Shown in pieces: positions 1 to 14,035 of a DNA stretch of 64,000 nucleotides; the first letter of the stretch is position 1, and every line of letters begins with the position of its first letter. The position numbers and the translations under genes were made by a program. Origin of the DNA: Entomortierella parvispora E1425 (Eukaryota > Fungi > Mortierellomycota); NCBI GenBank assembly GCA_020891255.1, contig BQFW01000011.1, forward strand, positions 434,001 through 498,000, written 5' to 3'. A model generated the notes under the pieces. That model did not search any database. It was not told the DNA's origin and was given only the letters and a program-made list of their open reading frames with translations.

Positions 1-2040
1 CGAGTGCTTCAGCCTTCGATTTGCAGCTGCCTCGTCCCATTCTGAAGGCAGCCTCGACAAGGATGTTCGTCGGCCCCTGGCATGTAGCTCACCAATATTA
101 TCTCCGTTTCCCTGACTTCTGAGGTTAACGGAGCCATCAGTCGAGTTTCTCCGATATTTCTTGAATGGGTTCAAGTCTTCGAAAACTGGATCTATTTTTG
201 CGGTTCCAGTAAGCCATTTTGGCGAGTGACCCCGCTGCGCTGACAGGAGCCCTTGGCCCCCTGTCTCCTCATCCCAAGCTCTAGGCGATGAAGGTCGCGA
301 CCCATCTAATCCTGGCATACCGTCCTGTAGGTGCTTGGGCCTGATTGGGAAAGGCGAATTTGTGTACTGTGCTCTAAACTCAGATGGAGACATTGGCCGG
401 AGAGCTGGCGAACAAGACTGTCGAGCAGATGGTGATGATGGACCTCTCCTGGTTTCAGATCGCCCCCGAGTAAACACTGCTGAGCGAGACGGGTTGGTAG
501 ATCCAGCCAAGTTATCAATCCGTAGAGGTGCCAGTTGTTTCCATCCCTCCGTTGTGAGGCGCCCTTGCCCTTCATAGGCGCCATCACGGTTACAGACGCC
601 TTGAAGGGGCTTGACGTCTTCATCTTCAGACACGGTGCAGTGCAGACTGTTGGCCGAAGTTGATTGTACCGAGAGCTGATTAGCCCTCTCATCTTTCGGA
701 TGGCTTTCAGGACCTCCGAGACAATCTAACTGTTGTTCCTCATCGAATGATCCCACCTCAGGGTCCTGAATCTCCGGTTTTGGCGAGCTAAGCATTCGCA
801 CGCCAAGAATCAAGAGAGCAATTCCCAGGATGATTAACAGCAGAACCCAGGGTTGGTAGTCGGAAAACTGGTTCAAGTATATGATTGAATTAATTAATCC
901 AAAAGTCGTGTAGAATCCATAGAACAATGGCACGACTAAAACAGAGTCATATAGCTTCAGTGCGGTGTTCAAGCACAAGACCTGAAAGACTGCTGTGAGG
1001 ATCAACAGGAACAAGATAAGGAAGCTAAGCGGATCCTGGAACGGACTCTTATGATTTTGGTCTCCCAGTAAAGCCCTTGGGGTTCCGGCACCTCCCATAC
1101 TGGCGCCTGGAATCGACGATGTTATCAATTTGATGCCACTCTTGGCTAAGAGTAAGGTCTGACTAGCCAATAGTCCACCACAAGTGGCCATAATCATGGC
1201 AACAACCTTCCTCATCCTCGTATCCCTAGCAGCCATCTCTCGCTCCTCGATTACCACGTCGTCCTGTTCCTCGTCTTCATGAAGGGTCAAACCACTGGCT
1301 CTGGCAAACCGACCTTTGCCAAGTAGAGCTGTCAACTTCAGCTTCATCTTCCTGCGGATCAATCGCTCTGTGTTCGGGTCCAAATGTGACTCATCCAAGG
1401 TGATAGTCCAATAGGCATATGTGCCCAGGCTCAAAACGGCGATGATGGCAAGATTCAGAATGGAGAAGTAGAGAATAAATAGTATCCTGGAGAAAAGAGC
1501 CTTGAGTTCGAGAATGGTGAGAGAATTTTCGACATCGGCACCTGCAGAGTTCATGCCGCCAAATGTTACAATCCACACAACGGAAGCCATAACCATGAAG
1601 GTACCCAGAATGTCCTGTCGTGTGATCCTAGTCCCGACCAGGATCTTTGCAAAGACGAAGTTGAATATCAAGGCCAGGGAGCCTAGTGGTGCAATCCACT
1701 GCGTTTTGAGAAAATCTAGACAGTGTACAAGCACATTTAGAAAGTATAATATCAGTGAGTCTATCACATACGCACGTTTAGTCTGTGCTTATCACCAGGA
1801 CACGAAACGCTTACTCAGAGCAATAGTACTCCCAAAGATCTGGCTGACAAGATAGAGTGCCAATCCTATAAGCCATCTTGGCCGGCTGCAGTCTTGTCGC
1901 TGTCTCTCCATTGCCAGGGCTCTGTTCCGAACATGGTCCAGTTTCAGCAAATTTAGCCCAGCTGCGTTCAAAATCGAGGATACGACAGACACCACTGTCC
2001 CGATAAATATGTCGAGCCATGGGTGACTTGTTACAATCAT
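1..2040 (-). CDS. NIPA/DMT-family magnesium transporter-like membrane protein, 3' end runs off the window
   Basis: ATG at 2040 (MIVTSHPWLDIFIGTVVSVVSSILNAAGLNLLK); GT-AG intron about 1717-1814; exon 2 reads FLKTQWIAPLGSLALIFNFVFAKILVG...LNTALKLYDSVLVVPLFYGFYT with multiple TM helices and stays open to position 1. Confidence 0.7.
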
Positions 2041-2059
2041 GGTCAATTGGATAGTTCTC

Positions 2060-2065
<6 letters not shown>

Positions 2066-2108
<43 letters not shown>
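2066..2108. repeat. (AG)n microsatellite just upstream of the NIPA-like ATG
   Basis: Uninterrupted AG dinucleotide run of about 21 units. Confidence 0.95.
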
Positions 2109-2112
<4 letters not shown>

Positions 2113-3127
2113 ACTAGATGAGGTATCGTTTTCTCGCCTAGCAATCTTTGTTGGAAGGAAGGGAAACTTTGGGAATAGAGAGTCCACTGGAGATACGATC
2201 AAGAGAGAGAGAAGAAAGGATGATCGGGACTGTACCACGTAAAGCTATACAGGGGCAGTTTACTCCAATGTCTTCCAAGTTTTGTCGTCTGCGAGGCGCC
2301 GAGGGAAGGAAGGAGGCGGATGGGAAGACAAGGGGAGGAGGCGTCTCGTCTTCAGCAAAAAAAAAGAAAAAAAATCAAGTGGTGGGCATAGTGAAGGGGC
2401 CAGGGCCAGCAATTGCAGGGAAAGCAGGGATGCAGGTAGAGTGCAAGCACAAAGAGAAGGGGCGGGGGGCATGGTGTTCCCCACATTTCAAGTTCCTCTT
2501 TGCTGGCGTGTGGTCCGGATGGGTTGAGATCAGAATTTGAATCCACATCACGCACCTTTCTCTTTTGTCGCAACCAAGCAAACCTAAGAATCAACAGACA
2601 CGGACCTTCTATTCAATTGCCAAAGGTTACCGCCACTAACTTTACCCTCACTCTATCTGGCCTCTTGACATCTTTCACACTTCGATATTTATGGTCGCCC
2701 CATCACTCCCCTTTGAATGACGCTCACTCCGTCGCCCACCCCTCGACCATCATTAACGGTCGACGACACAAATATCTTTGTTGAGGGCCGTGCCAAACTC
2801 AATGTTTATCGCTGTCCTGAGAAACCGCGTTGGATAGATCAGTCAAACCATTGTTGTCTATCGAGAGCCTGTCGGCGTTTATTATAGAGGGTATGGAAAT
2901 GCAACAGTGCGATTGTAAAGATGAACAGACAGCACACATACACACATGAAAAAGAGAGCAAACAAAACAAATGCAGGAAGACAGAAGAGAGGCTACAAAA
3001 AGGTGACACAACCAATGCAAAAGTGAGAAACAGGGAGAGGCGGAGGGATGATGGTCGATGACCAGGCAGTAGCCTAATAACTGAATGTGGCAATAGTAAC
3101 TCCAGAAAGCATGATGATGGTTCGGCC

Positions 3128-4419
3128 TTACGACGACATGCTTACGCCTTTGATCCAGGCATGGTCAGCGACCTGTTGAATCGTAGCTCGGTTTTTTGCG
3201 TCCTTTGCCAGCATCCAGTTTAAAAGATGCAGACACTCGCTCGAAGATTTCACTCGCGGGGGGATGTAGGGACCCGAGATGGCCTGCATGGGGTCGTTGA
3301 AAGGCACTTCTCCATATAGAATTGTGTATAATAAGATACCGAGTGACCAGATTTCGGCAGACTCTGCTCTGTATTTTTCACCCTTCAAGATCTCTGGGGA
3401 CGCGTCTGTTTGTAAATTGAGAGTAGAAGATTGCCTTAGTAAGTATAAAGTAGTCACAACAGGAACCCAAGGGGGGAAGGAGGTGAGCACATACAATTGA
3501 TGGTGCCGTAGAACCGGTCAAAGGTCTTATCCGTGTTCTTGGGAATGATAACAGCCGACCCGAAGTCGATCAGCTTCACAACAAAATCATTGTCAATGAC
3601 AATGTTTTCATCCTTGATATCTCGATGGCATATTGACTTCTCGTTCAGGTACCAGACACAATCGACAATTTGCTTAAAGATCACCCGAGCCTGCGCCTCT
3701 GAGAACTTGCTGTGGTGCTCAATACACTCAAACAGATCACACGAAGTGCGTCGCGTTAATAGTGCTGGTTTTGGAGTTTGGGCTTCTTCGTCTTCGCCTA
3801 GTTGATTGAGACTTGAAGAGCTACTCGAGGCTGTTCCAGGGAATGATGCCGAGCCTGAGCTTGTGGTTGATACCGAAGCGCTATTGCGCTGTTGGTTAAC
3901 CGTTGCTTGAGCAATTGCTTCCAGCATCGCATTGCCATTATTGTTCTTGTTCAAGAGGGGATTGTTGGCAGACCATGGGGTTCCATGCAACTCCATAATC
4001 AAATAGAAGTATCGAGAATCCTCGAAGACGTTCAAAAATCCGATGATGTTAGGATGTTGAACGTATCGTAGGACATAAATTTCCATAGGTATGAGGCCCA
4101 TCTTAGGATCCTTTGCCCATCCGTGAACAGGGACCTTGTCCCGAAATATAAACTTCACGGCAACCTCCTTCTGATCAGAATTGCGAGTGGCCGAGACTAC
4201 AAATCCGAATCCGCCAGATCCCAATTCATCCCCAAGAGTATAGTCCTTCTCAAACTCGGGTACAAGAGTGTGATGTTGCAGGTGACGGGCAGAGACTGTC
4301 AAAGAAGAATTGGCGGCGTCCTGTTGTTGGAGTGGATCTTGCTGATTAGCGGGCGTGGATGGAGGTGTAAGAAGACCTTGGATGATGGGATCGAATGTAG
4401 CGTCAGGAATGGTGCTCAT
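3128..4419 (-). CDS. Ser/Thr protein kinase, PAS-kinase/PIM-like catalytic domain without a PAS domain
   Basis: LGSGGFG, VAVK, HRDIKDEN, DFGSA, YASPE (rebuilt across intron 3406-3494), IWSLG; TSCDLFECIE resembles the PASK-type motif. Confidence 0.85.
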
Positions 4420-7400
4420 GATTCTGGCTGTAGAGTTGGGGTTGCCTGTTAATTGTGTCTTCTAGGGATGAAAAGAGCCTGAGACAGCGATAGGATTGAG
4501 ACCTAACAAGGAGTACACAAGTACAAGGTCAGTTGCTGAGTAGTTCAAGAAGGATCATATCTGAAAAAAGGCATACCGGTCAACAAGCACTTGGAGTGGG
4601 ATGAGAGGCGGATTAAAGAGAAAGCAAAGAAGGAAGGTTGTGAGAAGCTTGATATTCATTTATAGTCGTGAAACAGGAGATGGCTAAGAAGACCCAGACA
4701 TCGAAACGAACACCGTCTCGGAGGAGAGGTGAGAGGAAGGGGAGGGGGTGTAACAATCGACCCAGGCCAGGTTGCAATGACATAGCAACCTCCGAACATT
4801 ACCAGCGACACCACCAACGAAGAAATCCACTGGACCCGAGAATGGACCTGAGAATGTTTGTATCTCATCGGACGTCAAGCGGAGCAGGAAGAGGAGGGAG
4901 CAGAACGGGGGGAAGGTCCAAGGTGGGACAGAGTCGCACAATGCAATGCACGGCCTGCAACAGGGTGCAGGGTCGTCCACAAGGGGAAGGGAGGGAACAT
5001 TGACTGCAAGCAAAAGAGTGCACCTGGGACTCTTTTTTGTGAACACAAGCATGCACTGTGGTTTGTGCATTAAGTCAAATCTTCGTGACAGACCCTTTGT
5101 GTAGATGGTGACCAGCCTGTACTTTTACTGTAAGGGTGTCCATTTTTACTTATTGTGGTGCGCGTCTTCCCTTTTAACCATAACTCTTAAATTCGTAAAA
5201 CCATTCGAGCAGCGTCTCTGTGGACTGGAGAATGGAAAAAATTGCCGGTCTTGTGCATGTGGCACAGGGAAGCCCAAAATGACAAATGACGGGAGGGACA
5301 CAAGAATTCAGGACTGGGAGTGTTGTCTCCTTACCTTGTGGGAGACTTTGGAGCCAAGACTAGACTCAGAATCCTGAAGAGCACGAATGGGAGGTTCAGA
5401 GAAGGGAGAAGTGATAGCAAAAAGGAGGGAGGAGGGGGGTTTCTCTGTTTGGGCCAAAACACCAGAACGCATGCAACAGATAACAAAAAAGTGAGATTGT
5501 GCCAACTCTTTGGAGTAGGTGGTGGAGAAGATAAAAGATATCCCGATTCAAGGCAGATGGCAAAAAAAAAGTATAGAGCGTCCAATGCTAGTTGCAAAGA
5601 CGAGCGCACTTTCTTGGATCGTTTTCGATTATGAAGATAGATGAAGAGTAAATTGTGGGTGGATAGAATCCTGTGAGGTCGATCAAGGAAGATAATAAAG
5701 AATGAGGAGGAAGGAGGAAGAGTGAAGGGAGAAGGGATAAGTAGGGAGAGGATAACACTTTCGAGTTTGAAGAAATAAGGCAAAAGTACGACGCGGAAAA
5801 AAAGGTGTCGCTGTACAAGAAAGAGGAGTAAGGGAGGAGAGCAGAAGTAAAGGAAGAAAGGCAGATCGAAGAAGTACGGGCGGACGGCTGCTGGGGTCTA
5901 TTTATTGGTCCGTGATGGGCATCGAGTGAAGTTTGCATGTTCACATCGAGTGCAACCAAGTCCCGATCGCCTGCTCTATTCACTTCTCTCTCCCTCCCTC
6001 CTCCCTCATTCACTCACTCTCTCTATTTTTTTCTTAAATCTTGTATCTTGAACCTTTGCCGAGCAGACACGAAACACGAATATGATTCTAACGAAGCATA
6101 AAACTTGCTACAACAGGGAGGTGAAAAAAAGGGGGAGGGGGTTGAAGTGAACACAACGATAAAAAAAGGGATCCTTCCTTGGGTTGCCCATCCCTTTCCT
6201 CTGGATGGTATCTCAATACAGAAAAAAAGAGTTTCCCTTTCCCTTACCTTGTCCCTTGACAACCTTGGTCCAGGTTGGTAGAGCACTTGTTGAATCTGCC
6301 CCAGGCAGGGAGACATGCACGGTGCCCAGTTTCAATTGGTTCCTGGGTGTAGAGTAAGCATCTGCACTTGGATGGTTTTGAGAATAACAGCACTTGTCTT
6401 CGCTGGTCAGTTTTAGGGAGTTAAGGGGACAGAGCAGTTCACGGCGAGAATGCAGTTGAATTCGCAGCACTTGAATGACGAGAACAATGATATTCTTACG
6501 TTACGCGAACTTTGGATATAAGTTAGTTCGCAAAAAGGGGCGGTTGAACAACTTATCGAAGGCAAACGATAGGCTATGGGTGAAGCAGAGAAGAGAACGA
6601 AAATATCATCATTCCAAGAGCGGGGCATTGGCACCATTCGCTAAGAGCAGGATTGGGATATTGAAACTGACCACAGAGTCAGTGCAGGGTTCATATGGCC
6701 ATTCTAGTGTTAGCTAGCCCATGAGCGACTGAGAAAAGTAATGGTAGTGTGCCTCGCTTGGACGAGATGGGACGAAATACCCTGTGATTACGATGATATG
6801 AACTGCATAGTGCGGACCGTTTCAAACCTACCAATAGGTTTGCACTCGACGAGGCCGCATCCCCTCTCATCCTGTCCTTCCCCTGCACTCTCCAAAGTAA
6901 GTAGGTAAGGAGCAAGAAAAGTACCCTTGCTGCTAATTATTTCACCGCTGTCATCCGTGCAGGGTAGTGATGCAGGCCAAAGGCGAGAGCTAACTTTTCG
7001 CTGTCTCTTTCGTGAACCTTAGTTCCCGCGTCGATGGTAAGGCGACGGGTCCGCATCATCTCTCTGTCTCTCTTAAACTCCACAACGTGATGCTATAGAG
7101 CAAATCCGTTGTTAATACCTTCCTCAGGCGAACCAACCTAAAACCGCCCATGCTGCAGGTAACAACAGCATCCGAGGAAGCATGCGAAAGCCTTCCTCCG
7201 AAGATCGTGGGATTTAGCCAAGCTTATGCATGCCTTATGTCGTCCGAATGACCCTTACTTAGCTTTTGAACAAAGTCACTATCTTTTTTTTTCCAGCCCT
7301 GCAACATGAAGACCGCGTCTGCGGCGTCGCGACATTTTCACATCACATGACATGACATGACGTCCATGAGGTACCCCTTAATAGAACCCAAAGAGGAAAT

Positions 7401-7596
7401 GATCCCTTCCAGGCTCAGCGCGGGCGCAATGAGCTGTCAGTCGTGCGGACGGCGTTGTCTTCAACATGGTTTTCCCGTTTTCATTTTGTTCAAACGACTC
7501 TTCTTCCTCCCATCCCCTCAAACACGCACCCGCACACACGCACCCGCACACACGCACGCACGCCCACGTACCAGTTACCCCATCACGGCACCCAAC

Positions 7597-9251
7597 ATGG
7601 TCAAGCTTCAGTCCCTCGCTCTTCTCTCCCTTGCATCCACCGCTCTCGCCGCCCCTTCGTGGTGGGAACAGTGGTCTTTGAACAAGCACTCGTCTCCGTC
7701 TCCCATCCCTGGTTCAGTTGTTGCCTGGGATGCCGACCGCCGTCTGGTTCAGACTTCGGCAGAGAAGGCTCCTTTCTGGACCACGGAGGAGGATCGTCTG
7801 CACATGCTCCGCAAGAACATCAAATACATGGATGTCACAAACAACCAGGACCTTGGTCAAGAGCGTGTCCAGAGCGTGCGACTGAACCGTATGTGATGTG
7901 CCCGTCCATGTTTCAAATGAGCTCACAGCTCACTCAGACATGGTGACAGACAATGAAAATCTATATAAACGTGCATCTGACATCTTGCCATTTGTCTCTA
8001 CTAGCATTGCCCGAGGCTGCTGTCCATCAGGACAAGGTTGCTCGCTATATTGACCAGCTTTCGACCGCCAACATGGAGGTTGCCTTGACGAAGTTCACAA
8101 GCTTCAACACCCGGTATTACAAGTCTGAGACTGGTCACGATTCCGCTCAATGGCTCTACAAGCAAATCAGTGACTTGATTGAGAACACGGAGGCCGAGTC
8201 GGATATTAGCATCCGCAAGTTTGACCACCCTTGGAAGCAGTTCTCCATTATTGGTATGTATCAATCTTCGTTTCTTGTCTTACAGCTTTGATAGATAGGT
8301 GCTAACAGAGCAGCACCGTTTCATTCATTTGGTATTCACAGCTCGCTTTGAGGGTAAGAGCGAGGCCCTTTCAAACCAGCCCATCATTGTGGGCGCCCAC
8401 CAAGATTCTGTCAACATGTGGTTGCCACAGTGGGGTCGTTCCCCTGGTGCTGACGATGACGGCTCTGGCACTATTACAATCTTGGAGATTTTCCGTGCTC
8501 TTGTGAACACTGGCTTCCGTCCTCAGAGACCTGTTGAATTTCACTGGTACTCTGCTGAAGAGGCGGGTCTCTTGGGATCCCAGGCTGTTGCGCAAAGTTA
8601 TGAGAAGAAGGGTGTTGATGTCCTTGCTATGATCCAGGTAGGAGGTCGATTTGAGTTTAGTTTGAATGCAAGGGGCTGGACGCCTCGTGATCGACTAATA
8701 TCGACTCTCTGAAAACCTAATTAGAACGACATGACTGGATACGTTGGGACAAAGTTTGCAGAGTCATATGGTATCGTGACTGACTACGTTGACAAGGAGT
8801 TGACAGACCTTATCCAGGTGGGAGCTTTGTTCACGACTATGGACCAAGGATCTTCATTGTACACGGACTAATCCATGGACTTTCGATACTCTGCACATGC
8901 TAGGTCTTTGCCGCTGAATACGGTGACATCCCTGTCAGGCAGACCAAGTGCGGCTATGCCTGCTCCGACCACGCCTCCTGGGCCAAGGCTGGGTACCGTT
9001 CAGCTTTCGCCATTGAAGGCGACTTTTCGGACAGCAGTAAGCGTTTGTTTTGTTGTGCTTTATTGTGTTTTATTGTGGTCTGTTTTACCCCACAGTGTCT
9101 GATCACTTTCACTTCACTGTTAGGCCCTTATATCCATTCTTCCAGCGATGATGTCTCCCACATCAACTTTGATCACATGAAGCAGTTTGCGAAGTTGTCT
9201 CTCGGTTTCGCTGTCGAGCTTGGTTATTATAAAGGCGAAGCGCTGGCGTAA
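7597..9251 (+). CDS. lap1: Secreted M28-family leucine aminopeptidase
   Basis: Signal peptide [18 protein letters not shown]; zinc motifs [29 protein letters not shown] and IHSSSD; five GT-AG introns. Confidence 0.9.
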
Positions 9252-9319
9252 AATGGCGATATTGTCCTACATACCATGTCCTCTATTTATGAATAAACGA
9301 ATTTTGTAAATAGTTGCTA

Positions 9320-10688
9320 TTACTCTGGGTTCATTGCCAAAACTATGGCAGCGGCATCTGCCTTGATCTCGCTCGAATCTAGCAACCTCCAGTTAGGCGA
9401 TTGTTGTTGGCGCAGCCAGTTGAAGTCTTTGACCTTGGCGTAAAGGTTTTTGTCTGGATTCAATTGAGCCGTCTGAGCAAGTTCACAAAGATGCGGTTCA
9501 GTAAGCAGCAAGGACATTTCTCAACATTAGGAATAGTGAGAGATAGCACTGTGTTTTCTTTTACCTCAAAAAGGCGGTTCAGCTCATCTGAAGGGAGAAT
9601 CTGACCATATGGTGCAAATCTCATCTTGGTGCAATCTTCAATGATAGGTTCGCTGGTGACATGGAGGTAAATGTCCATGTTGGAGGAAGTGTGCATTCTT
9701 GACTAAAAAACACGTTCACGTACAATGTTCGGGAGAGTGGTGTATGTATGAGTAGTGTGTTAGCCTTAGGTGTACATACGCCGCGAGAGAGGCTTACTTG
9801 ATGACAGGCACCGATGAGAGTGCAGTCTTCACAGTCGTGCAGCAAGATACTGCCCGAGACAGGGGGGATCACCAAGGTACATCTTTTCAAGTTTCGAACA
9901 TGGATGGCACCAAGAGGAATTCCGCTGTGTACCAAATTGATGGTGCAGTCAGTCAAATTGGTCAGGGCAACATCCCTGGCTCTGTGTCCCATCGCACTTG
10001 ATTCATCAGCTCTTGGTTGCTCAATGGAGCCAATAAACAAATGTTCGCTAGATCGGTTCTCGAATTTCATGAAGAGTGTCTGATCGATATCGGAGGGCGA
10101 AGAAGCAGCACATGCAGCAGGGTTATTCGGGGACGGAGGAGGCTGCAAAACTGATGCAGCCGTGGGTTTTCTGGATTTGAATGAGAACTTTGGTTTTGGA
10201 GCGAGTTTTGTTCTCAATTGGCTCAGTTGTTCAGACATGGATTTGATGGCCTACACAGGGAATGCTGGTCCACGTTAATACCAAAAAAATAAAATAAAAA
10301 ATTAATCCAGAGTTGTTTGTCATTCTGTACCTCAACGCAGACACGGGCATCATAAGGAGTGAGGATAGTGATCTTCTCAGTGACAGTCTTTTCCAGAGCA
10401 TGGATCCGCTGGACTAAAGAATCAATTACGGTCGTCAAGTCTATCTTTGACACATTGACAAGATCCGATAGCTGGCTCTCGATATCTAGAACCGACAGAA
10501 AACGAGAGGGAGAAATAAAGAGATAAAGAGAAAGAGGGGGGAAAAGGAAAAAAAAATATAAAAGGTCAGAGAGCAATGGATTCATGAGCCATTGGAGAGT
10601 CGGCGGGATGAATAATGTCAGAGATGCTAAAGCTACCTTGTCGCTCAGCATCAAACTCGGTACGAAACTCATTGGATGCTTCGGACAT
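9320..10688 (-). CDS. TBCC: Tubulin-specific chaperone C
   Basis: Five exons: MSEASNEFRTEFDAERQ, KLAPKPKFSFK, C-CAP/cofactor C domain (GSILLHDCEDCTLIGACHQ, IYLHVTSEPIIEDC) and C-terminal VKDFNWLRQQQSPNW. Confidence 0.9.
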
Positions 10689-10909
10689 GAGAGAGGAGAT
10701 GAATGAGAAATGGTAGGGAGGAAGGGTTAGAAGAGGAAAGAGTGGTGGCAATGGAGGCAGGAGCCTGGATTGAATGCACGGCGCATCTTTTGAAGAAGAT
10801 GCGCGACCGTTTGGAGCGGAGTGCAGAACGCCACTAAAATGCACGTTTTATTGTGACACAGTAAGTAGGTCGAGTCTTGTGGATGTTGGGTCAAGACGCA
10901 AGTCCGCTC

Positions 10910-13809
10910 TTACAACTGCTTTTCGTTGTGCTCCACGCTCCCATTTGCAGCATGTTCCTTCTCGTTCACTGTACTGGCTACAGCCTTTTTGCTCTTTTTT
11001 CCTTTGGATCCTTTGGATATCTTGCTTAACCATCTCAGTACTGGGTTACGTCCTGAAGACACCTTATGTTCAGGCTTAGCTGCGGAGTTACCATCCCTAT
11101 TGATGGGTAGTGGCCGGTGACCATCCTCATTTGATGAGGTTGAAGATGCTATCGGCAGGTCCTCAAATGTGTTCAACGATGGCGTTGTTTTGTTTACCTC
11201 TCCAAAGAGGATGCCGGCATCCTCAATGTTGCTGCTGAGAACTTCGTTGTTCCCGTTACCATCCGTCCCCTGAAGGGTATCTTCCGTGTCAAGGTTATCG
11301 CCAAGTTGTCTCATACTCTCAAACCCATTCCCTGCCTCCGCTTCTGATAACAAATTTGGCGAAGTACTGGAAATAGTTGATGGTACAGAAGCCGATGTGT
11401 AAGGCTGAAGCCTTGGAGCTGGTTGTTCCCAGAGATCAGCCCAGTTGATTCCATTGAAGAATGGGTGTTGTTTGAGTAAGCCGATAGTGTTGTTTGCACC
11501 GAGCCGATCATTAGGGTCATGAACCAGTAGTTTCGAGACAAGATCCATGGCTGCAGCCGGAAATCCTGGCGGAAATGAATATTCCAGTTTTACAATCTTT
11601 TGAAAGGTCTGGTACTCATTAGATCCCTTGAAGGGAGGCCTTCCTGTCAATAACTGGTAAATAATGCACCCAAGAGCCCAAAGATCAGAGCTGGAGCGAG
11701 AACAACAAAACAAAAAAAAATAAAAAATAAAAATAAAATAGAGATAAATGTTAGTTTTAGTGGCAGTGGAAGGTTGCAGTTTAATAGACCGAATGAGTGT
11801 TCGTACCTCTTGCAAGCGGCCTTCTCAGTCAAAAGTTCAGGCGAGACATATTCAGCTGTTCCGACAAACGAGTTCGCGCGATCCGAGTCTGTCCCATCCT
11901 CTGAAGGTTCAAGCATTTTTGCCGTACCAAAGTCTGTAAGCTTCACATACATCCTTTGGTCCAGCAAAATACTATTCAAACAATAAAAAGTGAAATGTTA
12001 GGGTATGTGGGTTGAGATGAACATATGTTACGTCCTTATATCTCTGTTCATGTGCATACTTCTCTGGTTTCAAATCCCTATGGATTACACCTTGACTATG
12101 AATGTACTCAACGGCGGTCAAGATCTGGGCAGCATAGAATCGTGTACAGTTTTCGTCAAAGGACCCAAGCTACACAGTCGAAAGCAAGAGAAGTTAAAGG
12201 TAAGATTTTCGTCCAATCGAGGTTGAGATCACTTACAATATCGACGCGTTACCTTCTTGATGAACGTGAGCAGCTCTCCATTTTGACACAGCTCAAGTAC
12301 ATAGTCTAGGAAGCGAAAAACACCATGGGTCAGATGCTTTCTTTTATGAGGCTTTTCAGCAGCCGGTCTTTTCAGTGACTGTCTGTGCTCTTTGCTGTTA
12401 GGTAATTCCCAAATCGATCCTCAGTTGCTGATTCTAAAAATATCATTGTTATCCTGCATCTCTTCAGCCCAAGGTTGCTCCAGAATTCCCGCGTTTGTTT
12501 TTGCTGAGCATCAAGAGCCCCCGAGCTCGGTCTCTTTGACAGCCGTTCGTATTTAGACATCCTCCTTCACACCGCATGTTTCAAGATGCAGTCTTTGGAT
12601 TGTCGGAACTCTACTGCTCACTCTGAAAAAAGACGTCCTTTCCAAGAAAATTCGAATGGCTACAAACGTGTGGGTTATCTCATGTCTCCGTGGCACAATC
12701 AAGAGATAGTACAATCCAGTGATCCAAAGAAGTATCCGAAATCCAAACAGCGCATGGTAGAGATGTAGCCTTGAAAAGCGGTTGGGGAAAGCGCAACCGT
12801 TGAAACCAATGTACACCTTCAGCAGGGTGATAGAATGTGCTCTGATACTTACATAGGCTGGAGCTATCCTGGAAAGTTGAATAGAGCTTGACGACGCCTG
12901 GATGGTCAAGCTTGTAAAGCGTGTTCTTCTCAATGTTCACGTATTTGACCTTCTTTTCACGGATGATGTGGCGCTTATCCAAGACCTTGATGGCATAATC
13001 CCGCTTGTTGGAGACATCGACGGCCGCTACAACCTAGTCGTCAAAAATAGAGGTGCCATGTTTGTGAGAATGAGAGTGCAACCAAAGGAGGGATGGTCAG
13101 ATCCAGTGTCTCTGGGTGTATGCAGAAAGAAGGAATGTGCACAGACACGAGCAAACGTCAGGGTGCCAATGCCTGTCTGCCTTGCTCGTGCCTGAAGTCT
13201 TCAGGGGGGGCCAGTGCTCACGCTTGATTAAGGCGTTGCGTACAAACGCCAGAATAAAGACACAGACAAAGGGCGGCGCGAGAGCCCGCAATTACACACA
13301 ACTTTTGTTGTTCAATACTTGGAATGCCAACAGTCAAGTACACCGATAGGCAAAGTAGCTCACTCAAAACCATCACCCTTGTCCTCAGGGATCTGGTTTC
13401 CAAAACAATAGACCAGAGTGGTTTGGAATGCATCTGATACAATGAAACAGAGCAAGAGCCAACGGTCGAAGAGACAGCGGTTCGTTTCCCTTACAGTTGA
13501 GTACGATCCCTCACCGAGGGTCCTGCCAAGCTTATAGTCTGCCAGAGTACGCTTGCGGACTGGAGCAGTGCCAGTCGGTGACGAGATTATGCCATGCAGG
13601 TTGGTGCTGCTGTCTGTGGAGATGGAGGGAGTGACGGAGAGGGAAGGCTGGGGGATGGGTGTCGAGGGAGTGCCTAGCGTCGGGTCCACGGTGGCCGGTG
13701 CCAAGGGAATGTCGACTGGCTGAGTGGGAGTTGGGGGGAGGGAAATGACGGTGGAGGTAACGGAGTAGGTAGTGGACGGCATGGTCGAGGCCGGCGCCGT
13801 AATCTGCAT
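10910..13809 (-). CDS. PKH1: 3-phosphoinositide-dependent kinase (PDK1/Pkh/Ksg1-like)
   Basis: [76 protein letters not shown]; six exons (13809-13495, 13033-12853, 12305-12253, 12170-12060, 11971-11807, 11690-10910); start codon inferred. Confidence 0.9.
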
Positions 13810-13832
13810 TCCTAGATTATGTGTGCTTGGGG

Positions 13833-13896
13833 GTATGTGTATGTGTGTATGTGTGTATGTGTGTATGTGTGTATGTGTGTATGTGTGTATGTGTGT
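13833..13896. repeat. (GTATGT)n hexanucleotide microsatellite upstream of the PDK1 ATG
   Basis: About 10 tandem units of gtatgt. Confidence 0.9.
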
Positions 13897-14035
13897 TCGT
13901 GTGTATGTTTGCGTGCAAGTATGGTGTGGTTGGGAGGGATGGAGAGGAGCGAACGCAAATGCAATGATGTGATGAGAAAGATGCAATTGGCATTTTTTTT
14001 TTAAAATTTTTGTGGCTCAAAATTTAGCAAATGAA

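Noticed and set aside
4420-7590. 3-kb gene-poor region between the kinase and the aminopeptidase
   Set aside because: Only low-complexity spurious ORFs; consistent with long UTRs and promoters; no RNA gene or repeat structure recognised.
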